Shown here in pieces: positions 7,471 to 15,636 of a stretch of DNA of 32,000 nt. This stretch comes from Candidatus Kuenenia stuttgartensis. GTDB taxonomy: Bacteria > Planctomycetota > Brocadiia > Brocadiales > Brocadiaceae. The notes beneath the pieces are model-generated. The model saw nothing but the letters and a program-made list of their open reading frames with translations. It was not told the origin of the DNA and searched no databases. The position numbers and the translations under genes are program-made. Where the stretch lies: contig NZ_LT934425.1 in assembly GCF_900232105.1 (NCBI RefSeq), positions 2,760,001 through 2,792,000 of the forward strand, written 5' to 3'. Numbering within the stretch: the stretch's first letter is position 1; the number at the start of each line of letters is the position of its first letter.

Positions 7471-10104
7471 CTACACCGTATTATTAAATACACGCTGTAC
7501 AGAAGATAATACCTCTTCCAGTTCGTAAGGACTTGTTATAATGAAGTCAAATGCTAATAGTTGCCCGTTCTTGTATTTTTCTTTAATATCAGGAATCCCG
7601 GCGAGGATGCCAATCTTTGGTTTCTTTTCCACTGTTTCTATAAACTTTATGATATCCCACACAGAGACGTCAGGTAATCCGATATCACAGAGCATAAGGT
7701 CAAAGCACTCTTTTGATAACAAATCGATGGCCTTACGTCCCTCGTTAACATATTGAACGATATATCCATTATCAGAAAGAAGGTTTTCCAGAATTTTGCC
7801 AATAGCCAGTTCATCTTCTACCAAAAGGATACGATACTTACTCTTTCTTTTTTTACCGGCGTCGTCTTTCGATGAAGGCTGTGGTGGTAACTCTTCTGCC
7901 GTTGCAGGGAATTTCAGGGTAAAAGTACTGCCTTTCCCAGGCTGGCTCTGCACTTCTATTGTTCCCCCGTGCCGTTTGACAATACCATACACGACGCTCA
8001 TTCCCAGTCCCATCCCCTTTTTCTTAGTAGTAAAAAAAGGATCAAATATCTTTGCCTTTACTTCATCAGTCATGCCTGTTCCAGTGTCGGCGATACTGAG
8101 AAAAACATAGCCTTCTTTTTCCCATGTGGAAAGTGAAATAGTTCCTCCTTCAGGCATTGCGTCCAGCGCATTCAGGAAAATATTTAATACTACCTCCCTT
8201 AATTCCGGGGAATTGCCCTTTATATTCGGCACGTTCTTAAGGCAATCCGTATTCAATTGATATTTTAAGCCTTTACCTTCGGCAATGTTCTTCCACAATG
8301 GCTTGGTAAAAACTATTATATTATTGACTAAGCTGTTCATATTAACCTGGATCATTTTCCGGGGGTCGACAGACGTGCTGGTAAACTCTTTCATTCTGCG
8401 AACGACTTCAGCGCCGTCTATGCATTGTTCGCGAATAATAGAAAGCGCTTGCAGCAATTTTATCCTGCCCTTGCTTTCTTTTATCAATAGTTGGATATTT
8501 GCGTCAATGACTGCGAGGATGTTATTTAATTCATGCGCAATGCCGGAGGCCATCACACCCAACCCTTGCAGTTTTTGCGCATGGAGAAGTTCTGTTTCCA
8601 TCTTCTTTAAATCGGTTATATCGGTAGAAATACTTCCGATTGCATACATAATGCCGTCAGCCTTGAATATGGGAAATTTGACGGAAATAAAGGTGTGTTG
8701 CCCGGTATCGGAGTCCACTTGTATTTTATATTGTACCGGTTGTTTCGTTTCAAAAACCTTTTTATCGTGTATTACAATTTCATCTGCTGCTTTTCGGGGA
8801 AGGATATCATGTACGGTCTTTCCTGCAACTTCCTCTGTTTTTTTATGGATAAAATTTTCATATTCTTTGTTAATCAGAAGGTAGCGACCATTCATGTCAA
8901 TTATTGATATGAGGGCAGTGGTGTTGTTGATGATTGAACGATATTTTAGCTCGCTTTTAACCAGTTCAGACATGGTATGGCTGCTATACTGTATTTCTCT
9001 CTCAATGGTATCTGCCATACTATTGAAGCTGTTTGCAAGCTCTCCTAATTCGTCATTTCTGCGCAGAGAAACCCTTCCTTTAAAATTCCCCGCAGAAAAT
9101 GACTTTGTAGCGGCTTTTAATTTTTGAATAGGCCTTGAAATTGATGCGGCGAATAGCGTCCCTGTGCAAGATACAAGTAAACAAACGGAAACGCCTAAAA
9201 CCAAAGATATGATTCCCAACGTTTTTAAAGAGGCAAACAACTCTGCCTTATCGGTTTCAGCCAGTAATATCCACTGACAATCAGGAATGTCAATTGAAAC
9301 CCCAACAACCTGTCTTTCCCTGTAATCAGTATAAATCCCTACCATCTCCTGTGATGATTCCAGTATTTTGCGAACCGGTTCGGTATCCACTTTCTGCTGC
9401 AATGGCGCATCTTTAACAAATCGTGATTCCGTAATCATAATCTTGTCTCTGTTTACAAGATAAACCTCCCCGGTATCTCCAATATTCCTGTAATCAGTGA
9501 AGATTTCATTTATTGCCGATACATCAAAGCAGGCAATAAGATATCCTAACGGTTCTTTACGGGAGATTCCAAGATGGTGTATGGGGGATATTATATGAAA
9601 ACCTTTCATCCCGCACAAAGAGCAGAAATGGAGAGGATAAAGGTATACCTTTTTCTGTGTAAAATCCATGTTGGTTAAAAGTTTTTCTTCCGTGTAGATA
9701 TTTTTTCCGGCCATTTTTTCATCTGTTGATACAATAACGTTATATTCAGTATCTACTATATGAATACCTAACATGTGAGTATCTATGGGCAACTTGGCGG
9801 TTTTTAAGTACTTAGTTAATGATTGTATGATAGTGCTGCGGTATTCCCCATGCGTTATTTTTTCGAGACTTTCTCTTATATATCCGTCGCTGCAGAAATC
9901 AATTACCCTGTTCTCTTTCGAAGCAATGCACAAGAGTAAATAATTTTTTTTTGCTTTTGCAAGTGCTGTGAATCTGTTTATTTCACGGTCACGGATTTCC
10001 GTTCTGAGATACAGATAATACATCGTTGTAATGAGGGCAATTGGTATGAGTGCGGCGCAAAGCCCGAATAGCAATATTTTCCATTTTATGTTAAATGATT
10101 TCAC
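7471..10104 (-). CDS. Hybrid sensor histidine kinase (TM, Cache-like extracytoplasmic domain, TM, HAMP, PAS, HisKA, HATPase_c, receiver)
   Basis: The ORF is open to a GTG at 10140. A better start is GTG 10104 (VKSFNIKWKILLFG..), 8 nt after AGGGAGGAA. HAMP: SRPIQKLKAATKSFSAGNFKGRVSLRRNDELGELANSFNSMADTIE. H-box: GIAHELNNILAVI. ATPase: DTGTGM..KGMGLGMSVVYGIVKRHGG. Receiver: YRILLVEDE..DLMLCDIGLPD. Confidence 0.9.
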   Translation of the reverse strand: MKSFNIKWKILLFGLCAALIPIALITTMYYLYLRTEIRDREINRFTALAKAKKNYLLLCIASKENRVIDFCSDGYIRESLEKITHGEYRSTIIQSLTKYLKTAKLPIDTHMLGIHIVDTEYNVIVSTDEKMAGKNIYTEEKLLTNMDFTQKKVYLYPLHFCSLCGMKGFHIISPIHHLGISRKEPLGYLIACFDVSAINEIFTDYRNIGDTGEVYLVNRDKIMITESRFVKDAPLQQKVDTEPVRKILESSQEMVGIYTDYRERQVVGVSIDIPDCQWILLAETDKAELFASLKTLGIISLVLGVSVCLLVSCTGTLFAASISRPIQKLKAATKSFSAGNFKGRVSLRRNDELGELANSFNSMADTIEREIQYSSHTMSELVKSELKYRSIINNTTALISIIDMNGRYLLINKEYENFIHKKTEEVAGKTVHDILPRKAADEIVIHDKKVFETKQPVQYKIQVDSDTGQHTFISVKFPIFKADGIMYAIGSISTDITDLKKMETELLHAQKLQGLGVMASGIAHELNNILAVIDANIQLLIKESKGRIKLLQALSIIREQCIDGAEVVRRMKEFTSTSVDPRKMIQVNMNSLVNNIIVFTKPLWKNIAEGKGLKYQLNTDCLKNVPNIKGNSPELREVVLNIFLNALDAMPEGGTISLSTWEKEGYVFLSIADTGTGMTDEVKAKIFDPFFTTKKKGMGLGMSVVYGIVKRHGGTIEVQSQPGKGSTFTLKFPATAEELPPQPSSKDDAGKKRKSKYRILLVEDELAIGKILENLLSDNGYIVQYVNEGRKAIDLLSKECFDLMLCDIGLPDVSVWDIIKFIETVEKKPKIGILAGIPDIKEKYKNGQLLAFDFIITSPYELEEVLSSVQRVFNNTV

Positions 10105-10133
10105 TTTTTTTTCCTCCCTTCTGCAAAAAAAAC

Positions 10134-10284
10134 GTAACACTTTAGTCTTTTGAAAAATTCCGATAATAGCGATGTTTGCCGCATAGTGCAGGGACGAAGC
10201 ATTTGCTATAAATTGCCATAAATACGTTCATACCCAAACGGGCAAATGCTTCGCCCCCTACTTTTTAAAAGACTAAAGTGTCAC
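10134..10284. mobile_element. MITE family D (151-bp long form), TIR GTAACACTTTAGTCTTTTGAAAA
   Basis: Termini at 10134- and -10284 (TTTTAAAAGACTAAAGTGTCAC). Internal hairpin GGGACGAAGCATTTGC..GCAAATGCTTCGCCCC. Flanked by an A-rich near-duplicate, AAAAAAAC and AAAAAACC. It lies 30 bp upstream of the kinase start. Confidence 0.75.
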
Positions 10285-10628
10285 AAAAAACCAAAGGGGA
10301 TTTTCAGGTTGATTCCAGTAGATACCGGCGCTTGTCGTTTGCTTATATAATTGATCATCACGAATATCTCCTCCCTTTACTGGTTCAATGCTATCTGTTC
10401 CATAAATTAACATTTTTGAATTGCGCACCTTTCATTAGTTTCTCCTTTGCACTTACGTGATAATAGGCTTTCTACTCAGGTTTCAAAGTCATGTATTACG
10501 GAAAAAAACAAAAAAACCACCGATAGTTTTATGCAAAACATACACGTTATTTGAAGAAGGCAACGGGTGTGTACACGCAGAAGATGCTTTTTTAATATCG
10601 GTAGATAAAGGTATTTGTTTAATAATTA

Positions 10629-10752
10629 GGGTGTATTCCCGATTTTTTGTGATTTCCGCCATGTTTTAATGAAACGTTGCAGTAGTGTTAACCCTGACAG
10701 GGTTGTTTTGCCCCGACTCCATGAACGCTTACAAACAATCGGGAATGCACCC
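10629..10752. mobile_element. MITE family A (124 bp), inverted relative to the 5121-5263 copy
   Basis: GGGTGTATTCCCGATTTTTTGT..ACAAACAATCGGGAATGCACCC. The interior CCGCCATGTTTTAATGAAA..GTAGTGTTAAC(C/G)CTGACAGGGTT matches the reverse complement of the 5121 copy. No clear TSD. Confidence 0.7.
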
Positions 10753-11215
10753 GTCAACATGTGCATTAATAATTATCACGTGGAAAGGGTAGATTTAAAC
10801 TGTTTTAAGGGAAGTGCTGCGTATACTATACTATAAAGCTACATTGTTACTAATTTTTTATTTTGCGGGAATATATCCCGGTTCTTATTTGTCATAAGAT
10901 TATATTTGGCATTTTTACGCCCTTCGTTCCCACGCAGGAGCATATGGGCAAGTCCTGCCAGTCACAAATTTGCGTCTTGTATTTAATTTGGTATCAAATA
11001 AAATTCCACCAGTTCAGGAGTTCTGAATTTATAAAAGGTATTTGTGAATAACAGACTCCCCGTATTTTCTCTTATGTGCTATCCTTATAATCTGTTATGG
11101 AATAATTTGGGAATCTGCGGTTCTCTTATCTCTCTTCAAACCCGGCGTATTTAAGATAAATAATCGGTAATGATTTTTAATATCATCACTTTTTTAATTT
11201 TGCTTATAACAAAAC

Positions 11216-11758
11216 GTGAACCAAAAAGACTCCCTACTTATTCATATAGATGCTCTATACAGATCGGCACTGTATCTCGTCAAAAATGAACATAACGCAT
11301 ATGATCTGGTCCAGGAAGCCTATTTAAAGGCATTCAAATCTCTCCGGAATGGCGAAATAGTTAATAATGAAAGGGCATGGTTGTTTAAAATATTAATGAA
11401 TACCTTCATCAATCAATATAGAAAAAGTAAAACAGAACCTTCTTTGGTTGATTTTGACAGCATTGAGTCCTTTCATAAATCAATAAAAGAAGAGGTATTA
11501 ACGCCCTCAAATACAGAGAATGAGGCAGCATTTGATGAGTTACTTGACTCAGATGTGAAAAAAGCGCTTGAAGAATTACCCGATGATTTTAGACTGGTCG
11601 TCTTACTTTCGATAGTAGAGGGCTTTTCCTACAAGGAGATTTCCAAAATGCTTAACTGCCCAATCGGGACAGTAATGTCCAGGATCTATAGGGGACGAAA
11701 GTTGTTAAAGGAAAAATTGACAGGTTATGCAAAAAAACATGGCTACGAAAGAGAATAA
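11216..11758 (+). CDS. ECF-type RNA polymerase sigma-70 family factor
   Basis: 180 aa with GTG start. Region 2: AYDLVQEAYLKAFKSL..ERAWLFKILMNTFINQYRK. Region 4: LPDDFRLVVLLSIVEGFSYKEISKMLNCPIGTVMSRIYRGRKLLKEKL. The stop is 3 nt before the anti-sigma start. Confidence 0.9.
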   Translation: MNQKDSLLIHIDALYRSALYLVKNEHNAYDLVQEAYLKAFKSLRNGEIVNNERAWLFKILMNTFINQYRKSKTEPSLVDFDSIESFHKSIKEEVLTPSNTENEAAFDELLDSDVKKALEELPDDFRLVVLLSIVEGFSYKEISKMLNCPIGTVMSRIYRGRKLLKEKLTGYAKKHGYERE

Positions 11759-11761
11759 GAA

Positions 11762-12631
11762 ATGAATTGTACCGATGTAAGAAAATATTTTTATGCCTTT
11801 CTCGACAACGAACTCGATGTGGAAAGGAATATCGAGGTTTTGTCGCATATTAATATGTGCCATGCATGCGGCGTGAAAATAGAAAGGGAAAGACTGCTTC
11901 AGGAAAGAGTGAAAGAAACTGTTTGTAAGATAAAAGTCCCTGCATACCTTGAGCAAAAAATTTTTAGGAGTGCAGAAAGCCGTCCTAACTTTTTTGCTCA
12001 ATTTATAAAGAATTTCTCGTTGAGAGGCAGATTCGTATTAGTCTCTGGCATAGCAACCGCAATAGTTCTTATTGCTTGTTTTTTCGTAATACAAAATAAG
12101 CTGAAGAAAGATAATATTTTTTACCTCACGGAGTCAAAGTATCACGACTATATAATGAAGCAACTTGTTCCAGACATACGTTTACAGAATGCCGGAGAAA
12201 TTATAGGACGCCTTCAAAATCGAACCGGCCTAAGTGTAATCCTGCCTGGCATTGAAGAAAATATGCAGATACAGAATGCAAAAGCTATTGTGGATTACTT
12301 TCAAAAACAAACTGGTTTAACGGTAACGCTCCCTTTTATGAAGGGAAATGTACAGTTGGTGGGTGCGTCTTTGACTAATATTAACGGCAAAAATGTACCC
12401 CTGGTTTTTTACATGCTTGATGATACCCCAATTACGTTGGCTGTGGTTTGTAATTCCGACATCACTTTTAGAAAAATGAAAGAGGTCGTAGCTGATAAGA
12501 TGGTGGTATATACAGGTACCGGTTTTTGCGGCTCCTGCCAGATTGTTGGATGGAAAGAGACTGGCGCTCAGTACGTTATGGTATCGATGTTAAATAGTGA
12601 AAAAATGATAAAAGCGCTTACAAAGGTATAA
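11762..12631 (+). CDS. Membrane-spanning anti-sigma factor with an N-terminal zf-HC2 (ZAS) motif
   Basis: 289 aa. MNCTDVRKYFYAFLDNELDVERNIEVLSHINMCHACGVKIE contains H29-x3-C33-x2-C36. A single TM lies at about residues 91-110 (FVLVSGIATAIVLIACFFVI). The C-terminal ~180 aa are extracytoplasmic, with a second CxxC (FCGSC). The position directly after the ECF sigma gene supports the call. Confidence 0.85.
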   Translation: MNCTDVRKYFYAFLDNELDVERNIEVLSHINMCHACGVKIERERLLQERVKETVCKIKVPAYLEQKIFRSAESRPNFFAQFIKNFSLRGRFVLVSGIATAIVLIACFFVIQNKLKKDNIFYLTESKYHDYIMKQLVPDIRLQNAGEIIGRLQNRTGLSVILPGIEENMQIQNAKAIVDYFQKQTGLTVTLPFMKGNVQLVGASLTNINGKNVPLVFYMLDDTPITLAVVCNSDITFRKMKEVVADKMVVYTGTGFCGSCQIVGWKETGAQYVMVSMLNSEKMIKALTKV

Positions 12632-12782
12632 AAACGGACCATGAATGACAAGAAATTTTTAATATTTAAGATGCGGCTCTAATTCTATATCTTTAACCTT
12701 TTTTATTCGATATCGGAGGTATCGGGATTTTAAAATTACTGTTTATTTATATTTTAATTAGTTTGGAAAGAAAGGATGTATC

Positions 12783-13142
12783 ATGATTATAAAAAAGAAG
12801 TCTCTGCTTTCTGTGACACTCGGTGTGGCATTTTTTATTGCATCTGCGTTAGTCACCGTTGTATCTGCTGGGGCCAATCCATTCGCACCCGGCGATGCAA
12901 CCACCTTCAAAACCGATATGGAGAAAAAAACAGAAGGGAAATGTGGTGAGGGTAAGTGCGGTGAAGGAAAATGCGGCAGTGATGAGAAAAAGAAGGAAGG
13001 AAAGTGCGGTGAGGATAAATGCGGCGGCAATGAGAAAAAGAAAGAAGGGAAATGTGGCGGTGACGAGGGGAAAACAGAAGGTAAATGCGGTGAAGGCAAA
13101 TGTGGCGGTGATGAGAAAAAGAAAGAAGGAAAGTGCAGTTAA
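12783..13142 (+). CDS. Sec-exported cysteine-repeat peptide: nine (E/D)GKC(G/S) units, an HvfA/bufferin-like putative metallophore precursor or periplasmic thiolate metal-binding peptide
   Basis: 119 aa. Signal peptide MIIKKKSLLSVTLGVAFFIASALVTVVSA. The repeat region reads TEGKCGEGKCGEGKCGSDEKKKEGKCGEDKCGGNEKKKEGKCGGDEGKTEGKCGEGKCGGDEKKKEGKCS. The repeats use different synonymous codons (GAAGGGAAATGTGGT, GAGGGTAAGTGCGGT, GAAGGAAAATGCGGC..), so they are conserved at protein level. RBS AAAGGA lies 6 nt upstream. A terminator hairpin follows. Confidence 0.8.
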   Translation: MIIKKKSLLSVTLGVAFFIASALVTVVSAGANPFAPGDATTFKTDMEKKTEGKCGEGKCGEGKCGSDEKKKEGKCGEDKCGGNEKKKEGKCGGDEGKTEGKCGEGKCGGDEKKKEGKCS

Positions 13143-13169
13143 TTAAAATAAACCGATGCCGAATAAAGT

Positions 13170-13214
13170 GGGCTTACGTGGAGGAACCACAATTCCTTTG
13201 CGTAAGCCCTTTTT
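13170..13214 (+). terminator. Intrinsic terminator after the repeat-peptide gene
   Basis: GGGCTTACG-tgg(AGGAA ccacaa TTCCT)ttg-CGTAAGCCC followed by TTTTT. It starts 28 nt after the stop codon. Confidence 0.65.
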
Positions 13215-13301
13215 AGGCGTTCCTTCGCTGTAAGCTGATGTCTCGAATGTTTATTACATTTTGATTTACATGGAAAAAGGTATACTTGCGAAGGTTAATC
13301 T

Positions 13302-13925
13302 ATGCGCATTAAAAAACACAATGTAAAATGCTTACTGCGAGGAAAACATAATGTATTTCCTCGCAGTAAGCATGGGTCTGAGAGCATCGGCAGGCGCACA
13401 TTTCTTTCGGGCGCTGCCGGTTTTATTGCCACACTGCTTTTGTCCCCGGTGATAGCAAGGACTGTTAAAAGCCACGCATCTGCTTTGACAGAAGACCCGT
13501 GGCAAACCCTGTCCGTAGTGCAAGACCATCTCTTTCCTTCGGAAGCAGATTCTCCGGGGGCAAAGGAAATCAATGCGATTTCGTATTTGCGCAATATGCT
13601 CGCAGATCTGGTGACGGATACTGATGAGAAGGAATTTATACTGAATGGCGTCGGGTGGTTGAATGAACTGGCGATTGAAAGGCACGAAGCCGTTTTTGCA
13701 GATTTGCCGCAGTTGCAGCAATCAGATTTGCTGCAACAAATTTCAAAAACCACCGCCGGCAGAAATTGGATTTCTAAGCTAATTTCTTATCTGCTGGAAG
13801 CCTTGTTAAGCGATCCTGTGTACGGAGGAAACCCGGACGGCATAGGATGGAAGTGGCTTGAACATCGGCCAGGTTATCCACGGCCGCCGACGAATAAACG
13901 TTATTATGACCTGCTAAAAATATGA
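13302..13925 (+). CDS. Gluconate 2-dehydrogenase subunit-3-like small subunit with a twin-arginine (Tat) signal
   Basis: 207 aa. Tat motif IGRRTFLSGAAGFIATLLLSPVIA. Family-typical WQTLSVVQDHLFPSEADSPGAKEINAISYLRNML and SDPVYGGNPDGIGWKWLEH. The stop overlaps the GMC start (ATGA at 13922-13925). Confidence 0.85.
   Translation: MRIKKHNVKCLLRGKHNVFPRSKHGSESIGRRTFLSGAAGFIATLLLSPVIARTVKSHASALTEDPWQTLSVVQDHLFPSEADSPGAKEINAISYLRNMLADLVTDTDEKEFILNGVGWLNELAIERHEAVFADLPQLQQSDLLQQISKTTAGRNWISKLISYLLEALLSDPVYGGNPDGIGWKWLEHRPGYPRPPTNKRYYDLLKI
13328..13373. repeat. Perfect 18-bp inverted repeat with a 10-nt spacer, inside codons 9-24 of the Tat small-subunit gene
   Basis: ATGCTTACTGCGAGGAAA (13328-13345), acataatgta, TTTCCTCGCAGTAAGCAT (13356-13373). 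Read directly from the sequence. Confidence 0.8.
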
Positions 13926-15607
13926 ATACAGATTTTGACGTGTGTATAGTAGGAAGCGGCGCCGGCGCCGGCCCCGTAGCGCTCACCCTTGCAGAATCGG
14001 GTTATTCGGTGGTTGTCCTTGAAAAAGGCCCCTGGTTTAAGGAAGAGGATTTTTATAAGGATGAGCTTGCCAGTCGCAGACGCGATGTTTACACGCCGAA
14101 TCTGCAGGATGAACAGCATGTAATTGAAGAACCGGATGGACTGGGTGGATGGGACTGCGAGCCAACCTCTGTTTCCGGATGGAATTTCTGGAGGGGCTGT
14201 TGTGTTGGCGGTTCCTCAAATTTTATGAGCGGATTTTTTTTCCGGATGAAACCCGAAGACTTTCGCTTGCTTTCAACCTTCGGCCCGATAGATGGCGCTA
14301 ATCTTATAGATTGGCCCATCTCCTACGAAGACCTTGAACCGTATTATACGAAGGTAGAATCGATTGTCGGCGTATCGGGCAGTGTTGTGCCGCATCCACT
14401 TCTTGAACCGCGTTCTACCGGCAATTTCCCTTACCCGCCTACGCTGGAACACCCCATTTCCGGATTGTTTGATACTGCCTGCCGCAAACTCGGATTACAC
14501 CCATTACCGACTCCGCGTGCAATTCTATCCAACAGCGCCATGAAACGGCAAAGCTGCGGCTATTCGGGGTGGTGTGGCAGTTATGGCTGTTCAACCGGCG
14601 CTAAAGGCAGCTCCCGGGCAGCATTACTAAATCCTGCCCTTGAAACCGGCCGTTGTGAAATCAGGCCGCATGCCAAGGTATATAAACTTACGACCAATGC
14701 TCAGGGCAAAGTGATTGCGGCGGAGTACTATGACAGGGATGGCAAGCAACAACGAGTCGATGCAAAAATATTTGTTGTCGCATGCCAGTCAATCGAAACC
14801 GCGCGTTTATTGCTGTGTTCTACAGGAACGCGTCATAAAAACGGTCTGGCAAACAATACCGGGCAGGTAGGCAAAAATCTTATTTTTTCAGCGGGTGGCA
14901 CGGGAGGGGGAGACCTTATCTATAAAAAACTTGGCAGGACAATTACAGAGTCATTGAAATTCCAGGGACTGTTCCTCAACCGCAATTTGCAGGACTGGTA
15001 TTTTATCGATAATCCAGTATGGGGAAGGATGCAAAAGGGTGGAACCATTGATTTTCTGCTGGAACACCCTGGCCCAATCGCAAAGGCGATAGACCTGAAA
15101 TGGGACGATCATGGCAACCTGATATGGGGGAAACCGTTAAAACAGGCATTAAAAAAACACTTTACCGAAATGCGCGAGTTTAAATATGAAATCTTTTGCG
15201 ATTGGCTGCCTACGGATAACTGCTTTGTCTCCCTTGATACGAAAGTGAAAGACAAGTGGGGAACACCGGTAGCCAGGGTAAGGGTTGGTTATCACCCGCA
15301 CGACATCAAGATAGGTAACTATCTCGCGAAAAAGGCAACATATATTATGAGGACAATGGGCGTAAGAAACGTCTATTCTAACATAAGCGGTTCGCCGCCG
15401 CCTAACCTGGCGGCAGGCGGCTGCCGGTTTGGAAATGACCCGAAAAATTCCGTGCTTGACCCTGATTGCCGTGCCCATGATGTTGAAAATCTTTTCGTTA
15501 CCGATGGGAGTTTTATGCCAACGGGGGGAAGCATTCCTTATACATGGACAATTTATGCAAACGCCTTCCGTGTTGCAGATAAGATTGTGAAACAACTTGG
15601 TGGATGA
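13922..15607 (+). CDS. GMC-family FAD-dependent oxidoreductase (catalytic subunit, no signal peptide of its own)
   Basis: 561 aa. The Rossmann motif is DVCIVGSGAGAGPVALTLAESGYSVVVLEKG. The C-terminal GMC_oxred_C-type region reads HDVENLFVTDGSFMPTGGSIPYTWTIYANAFRVADKI. It is translationally coupled to the Tat small subunit. Confidence 0.9.
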   Translation: MNTDFDVCIVGSGAGAGPVALTLAESGYSVVVLEKGPWFKEEDFYKDELASRRRDVYTPNLQDEQHVIEEPDGLGGWDCEPTSVSGWNFWRGCCVGGSSNFMSGFFFRMKPEDFRLLSTFGPIDGANLIDWPISYEDLEPYYTKVESIVGVSGSVVPHPLLEPRSTGNFPYPPTLEHPISGLFDTACRKLGLHPLPTPRAILSNSAMKRQSCGYSGWCGSYGCSTGAKGSSRAALLNPALETGRCEIRPHAKVYKLTTNAQGKVIAAEYYDRDGKQQRVDAKIFVVACQSIETARLLLCSTGTRHKNGLANNTGQVGKNLIFSAGGTGGGDLIYKKLGRTITESLKFQGLFLNRNLQDWYFIDNPVWGRMQKGGTIDFLLEHPGPIAKAIDLKWDDHGNLIWGKPLKQALKKHFTEMREFKYEIFCDWLPTDNCFVSLDTKVKDKWGTPVARVRVGYHPHDIKIGNYLAKKATYIMRTMGVRNVYSNISGSPPPNLAAGGCRFGNDPKNSVLDPDCRAHDVENLFVTDGSFMPTGGSIPYTWTIYANAFRVADKIVKQLGG

Positions 15608-15636
15608 TTGAACGTTTTTATGATGAAGGAGGTGGT

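Noticed and set aside
8285-8884. 199-aa plus-strand ORF inside the histidine-kinase gene (also 7541-7756, 7796-8110, 8695-9127)
   Set aside because: These ORFs are antisense to a domain-complete kinase ORF. Such open frames are typical antisense artefacts in AT-rich genes.
11041-12782. A shared ECF-type promoter upstream of the sigma gene and of the peptide gene (TGCGG(T/C)TCT..N..AACC and ATTTAAGAT occur in both regions)
   Set aside because: These are short matches in about 170-bp AT-rich regions, with different relative order. A rough estimate says a shared 8-9-mer is expected by chance. No GAAC..CGT-type ECF consensus was recognised. The question is left open for experimental TSS mapping.
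12758-13099. 113-aa minus-strand ORF rich in PSPHLPS/PHFPSFFF repeats, opposite the EGKCG peptide gene
   Set aside because: It is the reverse-complement shadow of the 15-nt coding repeat. It has no signal peptide, RBS or sensible start context. The plus-strand frame has a signal peptide, an RBS, a terminator and synonymous-codon variation.
12859-13146. 95-aa plus-strand ORF in an alternative frame of the repeat-peptide gene (..MRKRRKESAVRINAAAMRKRKK..)
   Set aside because: It is a frame-shifted reading of the same repeat, with no independent start signals and a low-complexity basic product.
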